A stretch of 63,730 nt of DNA, the filler included, from a candidate division NPL-UPA2 bacterium Unc8 (GTDB taxonomy: Bacteria > NPL-UPA2): the NCBI GenBank assembly GCA_003574845.1. It is 8 parts of 7 records of this genome, joined end to end, with 100 filler letters (N's around TTAATTAATTAA, not from the genome) between each part and the next. Parts side by side here need not be neighbours in the genome. Positions count along the whole stretch, not along the records: positions 48,499 to 52,471 come from NDHY01000022.1; positions 52,572 to 55,488 come from NDHY01000023.1; positions 55,589 to 58,929 come from NDHY01000005.1; positions 59,030 to 63,730 come from NDHY01000005.1; 4 more parts are not named here. One strand, written 5' to 3'. Both the position numbers and the translations under genes were made by a program. Below, one piece after another: positions 50,969 to 60,135 of this stretch (position 1 is its first letter; every line of letters begins with the position of its first letter). The notes beneath the pieces were generated by a model. That model made no database searches and had not been told where the DNA came from. It worked only from the letters and a program-made list of their open reading frames with translations.

Positions 50969-52362
50969 GGTAATATAAAATAAAGTGTGTAAATTCAGGT
51001 TTGAAAAGGCTTGAGATAAGATAAAAAAGGGTGTACCTTTTCTCCCAGAAAGAAGGGTTGGGCAATAATGCTCGCCCAAAGGAGAAAGGAGGTACACCCA
51101 ATGGAAATAGTGCAGAGTAGGCAACTAAGGCCTGAGGAAATATTAAAGGAATGGTGGGGAGAAATCAAGGAAAATCGTGAGGAGGATTTCTGGGTCAACA
51201 CCAGGACATATATGAAGCAGGCACTTAAGAGGTTGATGGAATCAACGATGAGAGGGGAAGTGGAAGCTTACACTCATTCTCGGTGGCATGAGAGAAATGA
51301 GAACAAGATAGACTACCGTAATGGGTTCCGATACCGACGTTTTCTCACTCATGAAGGACCTATTGAAGATTTAAAGGTGCCCCGATTAAGGAAGGGAAAA
51401 TTCCAGACCAGGGTATTCAAGAACTACCAGGCGCGGCAGAAGGCAGTAGATCAGGCTATCAGAGATGTGTTTATCTGCGGGGTAAGCACCAGAAGAGTTG
51501 GAGAAGCCTTAAGTGCTCTTCTGGATGCTCCAGTAAGTGCTGGTACAGTATCTAATGTCACCAAGGCATTGGATAAGGAGGTTAAGAAGTTTCACCGGCA
51601 GAAATTAACTGATGAGTACCAATATCTAATTCTGGATGGGATACATCTGAAGATAAAAGGCGTTCTTAAAGGGAAGAAGAAAGTAATTTTAGTAGCTTAT
51701 GGGATAACGGTGATGGGCCAACGCAGACTAATAGGATTCCGGGTAGTAGGGGTAGAATCTGAGGTCAAGTGGGAACAGTTTCTGACGGATCTCTACAACA
51801 GGGGATTAGATGGTAAAGAGCTCAAATTAATCACCACCGATGGCTGTAAAGGGTTACATAAAGCCTTAGAGACAGTATATCCAGAAGTTCCTCGTCAGGC
51901 CTGCTGGGTGCACAAGTTAAGGAACGTATCTAACTATCTACCGAAGAAGTATCAGAAGGAGTGTACCAAAGAAGCAGGCAAGATTTATCTGGCAGATAAT
52001 AAGAAAGAAGCCGTGAGAATTTACAAATCCTGGGCGAAGAAGTGGATAGAGATAAAGCCAGAGGCGGTAAGATGCATAGAGAGAGAATTAGATGAACTGT
52101 TAGCTTTCCTGGATTGTCCTAAAGAGCATAGAGTTAAGATAAGGACAACGAATGTAGTAGAGAGGTCTTTCCGAGAGGTAAGGCGACGGGTAAGAACCAT
52201 GAATTGTTTCACTAACCAGGCCAGTTGTGAGAGGATAATCTACTGTATCTTTAATCATCTGAATAATCACTGGGGAGCTCGGCTCCTAAAAGATTTCAAT
52301 CAGTTTAAGATTAATGGAGAAAGGTGCACTTTATGAATTTACACACTTTCCTTGACGTTACC
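50969..52362 (+). mobile_element. IS256-family insertion sequence
   Basis: 29-bp terminal IRs (50969-50997 and 52334-52362; 24/29 match) enclosing the transposase; no TSD. Confidence 0.9.
51101..52336 (+). CDS. IS256-family (Mutator-type DDE) transposase
   Basis: YRNG.R.R, VPRLR, GVSTR, LILDG, ITTDG..GL, Q.CWVH, RTTNVVER. AGGAGGT RBS before ATG 51101. Confidence 0.95.
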   Translation: MEIVQSRQLRPEEILKEWWGEIKENREEDFWVNTRTYMKQALKRLMESTMRGEVEAYTHSRWHERNENKIDYRNGFRYRRFLTHEGPIEDLKVPRLRKGKFQTRVFKNYQARQKAVDQAIRDVFICGVSTRRVGEALSALLDAPVSAGTVSNVTKALDKEVKKFHRQKLTDEYQYLILDGIHLKIKGVLKGKKKVILVAYGITVMGQRRLIGFRVVGVESEVKWEQFLTDLYNRGLDGKELKLITTDGCKGLHKALETVYPEVPRQACWVHKLRNVSNYLPKKYQKECTKEAGKIYLADNKKEAVRIYKSWAKKWIEIKPEAVRCIERELDELLAFLDCPKEHRVKIRTTNVVERSFREVRRRVRTMNCFTNQASCERIIYCIFNHLNNHWGARLLKDFNQFKINGERCTL

Positions 52363-52471
52363 GACAAAAATTTGTCAAAACAAATTTAAAATTAATTCAA
52401 AAATATAATCTTTATTAATAAAAAAAATTAAAAAAAATATAAATAAAAAAATTATATCATTGAATTATAAA

Positions 52472-52571
52472 NNNNNNNNNNNNNNNNNNNNNNNNNNNNN
52501 NNNNNNNNNNNNNNNTTAATTAATTAANNNNNNNNNNNNNNNNNNNNNNNNNNNNNNNNNNNNNNNNNNNN
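52472..52571. other. Artificial contig linker
   Basis: N44-TTAATTAATTAA-N44. Confidence 0.98.
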
Positions 52572-53513
52572 TTTATTGGGCAATGTATTGAAAGTGTTTT
52601 AGCCCAGACTTACCAAAACTGGGAACAGATAATTATTGACGATGGCTCTACAGATAGGACAGGCGAGATAGTAGCACGATATGAAGATGAGAGGATTAAG
52701 TATATCAGGCAGGATAATATTGGCATCTGGAGATTAGGTGAGAGTTATAATGAAGCTTTGCAAATTTCAAGAGGCGAGCTTATTGCTGTCTTGGAAGGTG
52801 ATGATTTCTGGCCACCCGACAAGCTGGAAAAACAAATCTCTGCCTTTGACAGAGAGGAGGTGGTGTTGAGTTGGGGAAAAGCAGCTATTACGAACAGTGA
52901 TGGCAAGATTATTTACATTAGCCCTAATAACCTTAAGTGGTTTAGGAACAGAGGGAGAGAGGAGGTGTTGCGAAAACTGCTCCTCCAGAATTTTATCCCA
53001 GCATGCACAGCGATGTGCCGTAAAGATGCCTTGCTATCTATGGGGGGATTTAGGCAGCCTGATGGTGTTCCCTATGTGGATTATCCTACATGGTTGGAAC
53101 TTACCTTGGTTGGTGAATTCTATGCTATCGATAACGTAATGGGTTACTGGCGACGGCACAAAGAGCAATCTTCATCAGTAAGAATAAAGCAGATGGCTGA
53201 GGGGACTAGATGTTCGATAGATTTGTTTGAGCGATTACCAAAAGAGTTGAGGGATTCACTGGACATTAGCGTCAATCACTTACTAGCTAAACATAAATAT
53301 AATGTTGCCTCAGCTTACTTTGCCTTGGGGAGAGTAGCCTTACTCGAAGGCAAATGGAAGGAAGCCAGGCCAAATTTTAAACGAGCGATAGAAAAGGGTA
53401 ATTTCCCCACAAGAACAAAGGCTCTGCTCGGGATAGTCTGCAGCTACGTTAAAATAAACTTGGAATGGGCTGCCCTCCTGATGCGCAGACCACGGTTAAG
53501 TAAGTTCCTCTAG
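52572..53513 (+). CDS. Glycosyltransferase family 2 (5' end lost in gap)
   Basis: Open from the contig edge: FIGQCIESVLAQTYQNWEQIIIDDGSTD...LEGDDFW. Confidence 0.9.
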   Translation, partial: FIGQCIESVLAQTYQNWEQIIIDDGSTDRTGEIVARYEDERIKYIRQDNIGIWRLGESYNEALQISRGELIAVLEGDDFWPPDKLEKQISAFDREEVVLSWGKAAITNSDGKIIYISPNNLKWFRNRGREEVLRKLLLQNFIPACTAMCRKDALLSMGGFRQPDGVPYVDYPTWLELTLVGEFYAIDNVMGYWRRHKEQSSSVRIKQMAEGTRCSIDLFERLPKELRDSLDISVNHLLAKHKYNVASAYFALGRVALLEGKWKEARPNFKRAIEKGNFPTRTKALLGIVCSYVKINLEWAALLMRRPRLSKFL

Positions 53514-55372
53514 GGAGAGAGTGTGCCCATGCCTCGGACAATGTAAACCCAAAACTCACCACTTGAGTAGACCTTGCTTACACTGGGGTCCTCGTTGTCT
53601 AAGCGGTAGAAGTCCTGGGGGCGGAAAGCGAGAAGATCGACAAACTCGGGGAATATGAGGGGGGAAACCCGTGATATTTTGCTGTCAACAAGGTATCTAC
53701 CCTCAGCAAAGGACTCACCATACATTTCCTTCTGCGGATAGCCAAAGTGCCTCTCTGGCACATCCACCTTCTGAATATGTAGTAGTCTGCCTTGCACTCC
53801 TTGTAAAGCATCATCAAACCTCAGAGGATTGAGAAGGATGTGGTCTATCAGAAGGGCTTCATCTCGATGAGCAAAAAACCACTGCATTCCGCTCATCTCC
53901 ATACGGGTAACTTGAGCACTGTTCGCTCTCACTATGGGCGAGGGAAAAGTATTAAATACTCCAATAGTTGCCGCAGCTATGAGCAGAAAGGTTGTAATGA
54001 CCATCCCTATTCTCCTATGCCAGTTGCGGAATAAAACATATAATCCTAAACCACTCAAAATTGTAGCGGCAAAGATAACGTACAACATTACTCGGTTAAA
54101 GGCAACCCAGATAGCACCGGTGGAGAAGGCGACGAACATCAATATGCCAAAGATAATGAATAGAAAAGAGAACGTAAATTGGCTTGAGTCAGTCTTGCCT
54201 GTGGATGATAAAAACCTCTTCCCCACCAAGATACTTATCATCGCCGCAACCAGGCAATAAATTGCGACATGCCCCCACATTTTGGAGAATAATTCCGTAA
54301 ACTCGAACAAAGATAGATTTGCTTTTGCCAATGTATCAGCGACCTCCATAGCGGCTGTAGGACCCATCTGATAGACTACCCGATCCCAGACATATTTAAT
54401 GATACCAGCAAGCAGAGGAAAAGCAGCAAACCAGGCAAACCAGGTAACAAACAAAATTAGGCTTGGGTTTATGAAACTAATGCTTTGTGGAGCAGAAACT
54501 GTAGAGCCGGCCTTCTCCAGCGGTTTCTTAATTCTTCGATAGCACCATAGCGAGAAGCCAAGGCACAAGAGGATCAAAATGAAGAATATACTTCCTTCGC
54601 CGGGGTGAAGAAAAGGGATCAGCAGCAATACCAGGGCAAGAAGCAACGAATAGGCTGCTCGATTCGCTGATATTGCTGCCTTATAGAGTAAAAAGAGTAC
54701 AAAAGGGAGCATATGGAAGCACTGAATTGAGGGTGCCACCATCAAATTCCCGAGGCCGAATAATAGCAAGGAACCGAAGGCTGTTGTCAGCAGGGCTTGG
54801 CCACGGCATGAAGCTATTCGTTTTGAGAGAAGGCAGATAGAAACCATATAAAACAAGGTGAAAAAACCAGGGACTAACATCGCCAGTAACTCTGGTGTCA
54901 GTCCAGTTATAAGAGACAAATTAGCTCCAAGAATATGAATGACCGGATAATGATTTGCCCCTGCTTCTCCTGCTGAGGCAAAGTGTCCAGTAAAAAGAAT
55001 GTGTTTGGTGTACCCAATGTGGGTTAAGACATCACCTCGGCCCCAAGTGAGGTAACCACGGGCGAAAGGCAATAAGAGAATAACCAGATTGGTAAAAAGT
55101 ATCACTGAGAAGCCAGCTATCCACCAGCGGGATGGTTTTTGGGCAAAAGCCTGGCGTACCAGGATGATGATGCCACAGGCAATGGCAGCGATGATGAAAA
55201 ACCAGAAATAAGAGGGGTAAGCATCATAGATAGAGATTTCGTAGCCAGTAGCAGGAGGGGTAGTGGCAACAACAAACAGCGCAGTGGCTATAAAGATGAA
55301 GGCTACTGTAGCTAATAGCTTGTCAATGTTAACTCTCTGAGACACACTAGAGATTCTTAGTGATTCAATCAT
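53510..55372 (-). CDS. Polytopic membrane protein of a glycosylation locus (possibly GT-C-like)
   Basis: Many TM segments, GRGDVLTHIG and YPVIH motifs; lies between GT2 and GT4 genes. Confidence 0.6.
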   Translation of the reverse strand: MIESLRISSVSQRVNIDKLLATVAFIFIATALFVVATTPPATGYEISIYDAYPSYFWFFIIAAIACGIIILVRQAFAQKPSRWWIAGFSVILFTNLVILLLPFARGYLTWGRGDVLTHIGYTKHILFTGHFASAGEAGANHYPVIHILGANLSLITGLTPELLAMLVPGFFTLFYMVSICLLSKRIASCRGQALLTTAFGSLLLFGLGNLMVAPSIQCFHMLPFVLFLLYKAAISANRAAYSLLLALVLLLIPFLHPGEGSIFFILILLCLGFSLWCYRRIKKPLEKAGSTVSAPQSISFINPSLILFVTWFAWFAAFPLLAGIIKYVWDRVVYQMGPTAAMEVADTLAKANLSLFEFTELFSKMWGHVAIYCLVAAMISILVGKRFLSSTGKTDSSQFTFSFLFIIFGILMFVAFSTGAIWVAFNRVMLYVIFAATILSGLGLYVLFRNWHRRIGMVITTFLLIAAATIGVFNTFPSPIVRANSAQVTRMEMSGMQWFFAHRDEALLIDHILLNPLRFDDALQGVQGRLLHIQKVDVPERHFGYPQKEMYGESFAEGRYLVDSKISRVSPLIFPEFVDLLAFRPQDFYRLDNEDPSVSKVYSSGEFWVYIVRGMGTLSP

Positions 55373-55373
55373 G

Positions 55374-55487
55374 CTAACGCTCGTTTGAAAGGTCGCTTAA
55401 TATCTCTCTATACCTCTCCACCGCCTTCTCGAAGGTAAATTCCCTCTCCACAAGGGCACGGGCATTCTGGGCAATTTCCTCAAGGTT
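55374..55487 (-). CDS. Glycosyltransferase family 4, 3' end (cut by gap)
   Basis: NLEEIAQNARALVEREFTFEKAVERYREIL, a typical GT4 C-terminal helix. Confidence 0.7.
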   Translation of the reverse strand, partial: NLEEIAQNARALVEREFTFEKAVERYREILSDLSNER

Positions 55488-55488
55488 G

Positions 55489-55588
55489 NNNNNNNNNNNN
55501 NNNNNNNNNNNNNNNNNNNNNNNNNNNNNNNNTTAATTAATTAANNNNNNNNNNNNNNNNNNNNNNNNNNNNNNNNNNNNNNNNNNNN
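55489..55588. other. Artificial contig linker
   Basis: N44-TTAATTAATTAA-N44. Confidence 0.98.
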
Positions 55589-55810
55589 GGAGGGAATTAA
55601 ATTTAGAATTTGCCGAGAAAACGATTGAGTTTCAAGTCATATTTGGAGATGAGTGGAAGGCGAGAATCAATAGGATATTCGGGGTTTAATATGATGGGAG
55701 GGCTTATCCCCGCTTAAAATAACAACAGCAACCATTTTTTATGTTATCGTTAGAAAAAGCATGATAAATGCCCAGAGTAATTTTATAAATGGTCACTATC
55801 TCTAATTTCT

Positions 55811-55894
55811 CTCGAACACCAAATCAACCAAATGGTTTATAAATTATATGGCTTATCGGGAGAAGAAATAAAAATCGTGGAGGGGAAAAAATGA
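55811..55894 (+). repeat. Direct repeat 1: orphan type IIG R-M-like C-terminal tail
   Basis: Reads LEHQINQMVYKLYGLSGEEIKIVEGKK*; the 29-bp core 55850-55878 is identical to 57510-57538. Confidence 0.8.
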
Positions 55895-56973
55895 GAAAAA
55901 GTGCAGAAATAAAAACAAACCCGGAAGTATTGAAAGAACTTCGTGAAACCTCAGGATATAGTGTTGATGAGATTGCTAAAAAGATTAAAACTACTATAGA
56001 CAAAATAAATGAAACAGAAAAGGGGCTTGCTTTATTTACTTTAACCCAAATAAAAAAATTGGCTGATATTTATCATCGTCCTCTTGCTGCATTTTTCACA
56101 GATACACTTCCTAAAATGCCTATACTGGCTGATTACAGAATAAATCGTGAAAAAAGGTTAGCTCCAGAAGTATATACAGCTCAAAGAAGAGCCCATTACC
56201 TTACTAATAAATTAGTAGAGTTAATGGATAAAAGAAGTCAAATTCCCAATTTTCCAGAGACATTGGAACCTGATAAATTGGCTGATGAATTTAGAAAATA
56301 TTTAAAACCAGGACTATTGAAATCAATAAAACCAGAAGAACTTTTAGCACATTATAAGCAGGTTTTAGAAGAGAAACTTTTAATATCAATTATAGAACTG
56401 CCATTAAAAGCCGATGATGTTAGAGGATTTAGCATCTCTTCTAATATTTCTTGTATTGTTTTAAATGAAGGAGATAAACCCCAAATAAAATTATTTTCTC
56501 TTTTTCACGAAGTATATCACCTAATAAAAAGAACTTCTGGTATATGTTCAATAGAAATTGAGCAAAAAGGTGCAGGCATAGAACCTAACTGTGATTCATT
56601 TGCTGCCGAATTTCTTGTTCCTTTAGATGACTTAAAAGAAGAGCGTAAAAAGTTTTTGCAACTGGACGAAACCTCAATTTCAAAGCTTTCTGAAATTTAT
56701 GGGGTAAGCAAGCAGGTAATTATGCTTAGACTTCTTTGGTCAAAAGACATAACTAAGGAAAGATATAATCAGTTCAAAAAAGAAGGTGTTAAGGAATTTA
56801 AAGAAAAAACGTTCGGCCGTAGAAACTGGAATAAAGTATTTCAGAATCGTGTTGGAAATCTGGCTCTTGGGGAAACAACTAATGCTTATCGTTCAGGAAA
56901 AATTTCCTATTCTGAGGTATTTGACATCTTAAATACGAAAACAAAATATATAGAAAAATTTTTAGAAAGGTAA
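55891..56973 (+). CDS. XRE-HTH + ImmA/IrrE-family metallopeptidase
   Basis: N-terminal HTH, HEVYH zinc motif, CDSFAAEFLVP, YGVSKQVI. Confidence 0.9.
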   Translation: MRKSAEIKTNPEVLKELRETSGYSVDEIAKKIKTTIDKINETEKGLALFTLTQIKKLADIYHRPLAAFFTDTLPKMPILADYRINREKRLAPEVYTAQRRAHYLTNKLVELMDKRSQIPNFPETLEPDKLADEFRKYLKPGLLKSIKPEELLAHYKQVLEEKLLISIIELPLKADDVRGFSISSNISCIVLNEGDKPQIKLFSLFHEVYHLIKRTSGICSIEIEQKGAGIEPNCDSFAAEFLVPLDDLKEERKKFLQLDETSISKLSEIYGVSKQVIMLRLLWSKDITKERYNQFKKEGVKEFKEKTFGRRNWNKVFQNRVGNLALGETTNAYRSGKISYSEVFDILNTKTKYIEKFLER

Positions 56974-56979
56974 TTTATA

Positions 56980-57477
56980 ATGCCCAGAGAATTAGAATTA
57001 TTTCCCAAAACAGTTTATTGTATTGATACCAGCTCCTTAATCAATCTCATACCACCTTGGAAGAAAGATGTCTACCGGAGAGATGTGTTTCCTACAATTT
57101 GGGAAAAATTAGAAAGCATGATAAAAAATGAAGAACTTATCTCTCCTTTAGAAGTTTATGAAGAAATTAAAATTGGGCAAGATGAAATTTATGAATGGTG
57201 CAAGAATAACAGGAAAATGTTCAGAGATGTCGACGAATGTCAAATTCAAAAATTTCAAGATGTTGAAAAACAATATGACAAAAATTATTGGGAAAACGAA
57301 ATTAATAAACCAAGATGGGCTGACCCATGGGTGATAGCTCTTAGCATTTGTGAACGGGCAATCATTGTGGCTGATGAGAAAAATGTAGCAAATAGGATTC
57401 CATCTATATCTGTTGTATTTGAAGTGCGATGTTTGGAGTTATTAGATTTTTTTAAAGAAATAGGAATTAAGTATTAG
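56980..57477 (+). CDS. PIN-like domain protein (DUF4411-like)
   Basis: YCIDTSSLI, FPTIWEKL, EVYEEI, ADPWVIALS, IVADEK, IP. Confidence 0.85.
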   Translation: MPRELELFPKTVYCIDTSSLINLIPPWKKDVYRRDVFPTIWEKLESMIKNEELISPLEVYEEIKIGQDEIYEWCKNNRKMFRDVDECQIQKFQDVEKQYDKNYWENEINKPRWADPWVIALSICERAIIVADEKNVANRIPSISVVFEVRCLELLDFFKEIGIKY

Positions 57478-57479
57478 CC

Positions 57480-57557
57480 AAGATTGACCAGCTGGTTTAC
57501 AAACTTTACGGCTTATCGGGAGAAGAAATAAAAATCGTTGAGGATTTTAAGCGATAA
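57480..57557 (+). repeat. Direct repeat 2: orphan type IIG R-M-like C-terminal tail
   Basis: Reads KIDQLVYKLYGLSGEEIKIVEDFKR*. Confidence 0.8.
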
Positions 57558-57830
57558 TTGGAGGATTAAGGCTTCACCTATAAAAAATAACGGGGTCAGG
57601 TCTCCACACTTCAAATCTTGATAGTTTTATTCTGAATTCTGACTCTGAATTCTGACTCCTGAGAAAAATGGGGTCAGGAGCTTTTTTCAAAAGTAGTAAG
57701 TTGTAAGTAGAAAGAGAGAAAGGCACAGAGGCACAGAGGCACAGAGGCTGATAGCTATTTAGTAGAGAGAGATGAAATTGGAAATTGGTAATTAGTGACT
57801 GGTGTTTTTGTGCTCAGTCTAACAGCCTAA

Positions 57831-58571
57831 CTAACAATTCACGGTATCTACATTGACATGAAGATGATAGAGGCTGATAACTTTGAAGGCTTCGGCTTTC
57901 TCCACGCCCTTTTTTTCGCCCAACTCTTTGGATTTCACATCAAGGTAGGTGCTAAAGACTTGAAATACAGGAGGAGGAAACTGGCTTTTATGCTGACTGA
58001 TTGCCTCAAGTTTCTTCTCAAAATAGGAGGTTATATCTATGAAAGTATTTGGCGTGTTGGTGCAATAGAAGGCAACGAAATTTATCTGATGAGGTCTTCC
58101 TTCTGGTTTGAAATGCGGCATAATGGAGAAAATAACTGCCTCAGCTCCTGCCAATCCTATCTGGATGTGTCCTAAGTGAGCTTCATAAGGCAACCAGGGG
58201 TCAGGAAGAAGTATGCCATCTGGCTTTTCTTTCCGTATTAACTCTATAAAGTCCTGCCTTAATTCTTCGTGAGGCAGGTAATCACCATCGGTATAATCAA
58301 GGAAGATATGTTTTTTAACTCCTAACACTGAAGCGGCTTTCTTGGCTTCCTTTTTCCTTATTGTGGCTAATTCCCCTGGAGTTATATTAGGGTCAAAGGT
58401 TCCGAGACGCCCATCAGTAACGGTAACATAAATTACTTCTTTGCCTTTATCTCTCATTGATGCTATAAAGCCTCCTGCAAAAATTTCTATGTCATCAGGA
58501 TGAGGCTGAATAGCAAGAAATTTACTTCCTTCTTCAATATTCGGTATGGGAAAAAATTCACTGGCTCTCAT
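57831..58571 (-). CDS. PIG-L/LmbE-family deacetylase
   Basis: QPHPDD, TDG..G, R..EA..A...LG, PYEAH, HKSQF. Confidence 0.9.
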   Translation of the reverse strand: MRASEFFPIPNIEEGSKFLAIQPHPDDIEIFAGGFIASMRDKGKEVIYVTVTDGRLGTFDPNITPGELATIRKKEAKKAASVLGVKKHIFLDYTDGDYLPHEELRQDFIELIRKEKPDGILLPDPWLPYEAHLGHIQIGLAGAEAVIFSIMPHFKPEGRPHQINFVAFYCTNTPNTFIDITSYFEKKLEAISQHKSQFPPPVFQVFSTYLDVKSKELGEKKGVEKAEAFKVISLYHLHVNVDTVNC

Positions 58572-58574
58572 TTC

Positions 58575-58856
58575 TTATCCACCTGCAAATGGTGATAGGA
58601 TAGAGATTGTATCGCCATCATGCAACTCAGTTTGGGGGACACCATTAAAGGAGAGTCGCTCATTATTAATCAGGATATTAAATGAGTCAGGTTGTTTGAA
58701 TATAGACTTGAAGAAATTGCGTTTGGGTTTTTTCTCTTTATCAAGCTTTTTAAAGAAGTCTTGCAGGGAAATGCTGTCTCCAGCAAGCTCCTCTTCAATC
58801 CGGTATGTAACTGCCTCACCTAAAAAATAACCCATTACCTGCAATTTAATTATCAT
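58575..58856 (-). CDS. MoaD/ThiS ubiquitin-like sulfur carrier
   Basis: ILINN...L.DGDTISILSPFAGG C-terminus; ATG 58856 overlaps the upstream stop. Confidence 0.85.
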   Translation of the reverse strand: MIIKLQVMGYFLGEAVTYRIEEELAGDSISLQDFFKKLDKEKKPKRNFFKSIFKQPDSFNILINNERLSFNGVPQTELHDGDTISILSPFAGG

Positions 58857-58929
58857 TTGATACACCCCCTTACTATTTTATCCAGTCCAAGATGTTTCAG
58901 TCGTCTATCTGATGGTTTGCCGGTTTCGG
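58853..58929 (-). CDS. Probable aldehyde:ferredoxin oxidoreductase, extreme 3' end (cut by gap)
   Basis: GKPSDRRLKHLGLD resembles the AOR C-terminal G.P....L..LGL motif; directly upstream of a MoaD-like gene. Confidence 0.5.
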
Positions 58930-59029
58930 NNNNNNNNNNNNNNNNNNNNNNNNNNNNNNNNNNNNNNNNNNNNTTAATTAATTAANNNNNNNNNNNNNNN
59001 NNNNNNNNNNNNNNNNNNNNNNNNNNNNN
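58930..59029. other. Artificial contig linker
   Basis: N44-TTAATTAATTAA-N44. Confidence 0.98.
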
Positions 59030-59518
59030 TGACTCTAACTTAGACTTGACTTTTTCAGCCTCTTCCTTTGTAATACCCTCCATCACTGTCTTGGGAGCCT
59101 CTTCAACCAATGTCTTTGCTTCCTTCAGCCCAAGGTTAGTTATAGCTCGCACTTCCTTGATTACCTGTATTTTCTTATCTCCTATCGCCGCAAGGACTAC
59201 AGTCCACTCGGTCTTCTCTTCTGCCGCTACTGCTCCGCCGCCGGGCTGAGTCGCTGCTACCGGAATCGCCGCTGAAGCGGTAACCCCAAACTTATCCTCA
59301 ATAGCTTTAACGAGTTGCGAGAGCTGTAGTACCGTCATATTTTCAATTACATGAATGACACTCTCCATATCCGGGGAAATCCCTGCCTTCTTTTCCTCCA
59401 CCTTTACCTCTTCCTTTACCTCTTCCTCTACCTTTACCTTTACCTTTACCTTTACCTCTTCCTCTTCCTCTTCCTCCATCTCCTTCACAGTTGCTGTCTT
59501 TTTCTTTTCCTTTGTCAT
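59030..59518 (-). CDS. rplL: 50S ribosomal protein L7/L12 with N-terminal E/K/V-rich extension (3' end lost in gap)
   Basis: [46 protein letters not shown]. Confidence 0.95.
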
Positions 59519-59606
59519 TTAAACCTCACCCCCCCCAACGGTAAACTATTAGACTGTAGGCTATTAGACTGTAGACTATTAGGCTACAGACCACAGAGCC
59601 TACTTT

Positions 59607-60128
59607 TTATCCACTACTTTTCTTCTCTTTAATCAATTCAATAATGTGGATTAATTTTCTCATTATCCCGCCAAGCGTCATAGCCAGCCCTGCATAAGGC
59701 GCTTTAAGATTAATGATAAGTGAGGAGAGAACCTCACTTCGCACTGGAAGTGTTGCCCAGAGCTCAATCCTCTCCCGTTTCAGCATCTCACCCTGAAATA
59801 CGCCACCTTTAATGGCAAACCGCTTCTGCTCCCCGGCGAAATGCAAGAGTATCTTTGCCAACTGCCCTGGCTCCTCATCAGTAAAAGCAAATGCATTTGA
59901 ACCAACAAGAAGCTTATCAAATATAGTTAGCCCAATATCCCTAACAGCAAGGCGAGCAATAGTATTTTTCACTACCTGATAATCAGCTTTCGCATCCCGC
60001 AGACGATGGCGCAAGGTATCCAGGGAGCGAGCATCAACTCCTTGATGGTCAATAACTACTATCGTGCGTGCTTGTTCCATTCTTTCCCCGAGCTCGCGGA
60101 CTGCTATTTTATTAAGTTCTCTTGACAC
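59607..60128 (-). CDS. rplJ: 50S ribosomal protein L10
   Basis: VVKNTIA, IKGG; between rplA and rplL. Confidence 0.92.
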   Translation of the reverse strand: MSRELNKIAVRELGERMEQARTIVVIDHQGVDARSLDTLRHRLRDAKADYQVVKNTIARLAVRDIGLTIFDKLLVGSNAFAFTDEEPGQLAKILLHFAGEQKRFAIKGGVFQGEMLKRERIELWATLPVRSEVLSSLIINLKAPYAGLAMTLGGIMRKLIHIIELIKEKKSSG

Positions 60129-60135
60129 CTTAATC

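Noticed and set aside
50969-52362. IS256 as the mobiliser of the MITE
   Set aside because: The TSD length would fit the family, but the IS ends (GGTAATATAAAA / GGTAACGTCAAG) share little beyond GTAA with the MITE ends; not supportable.
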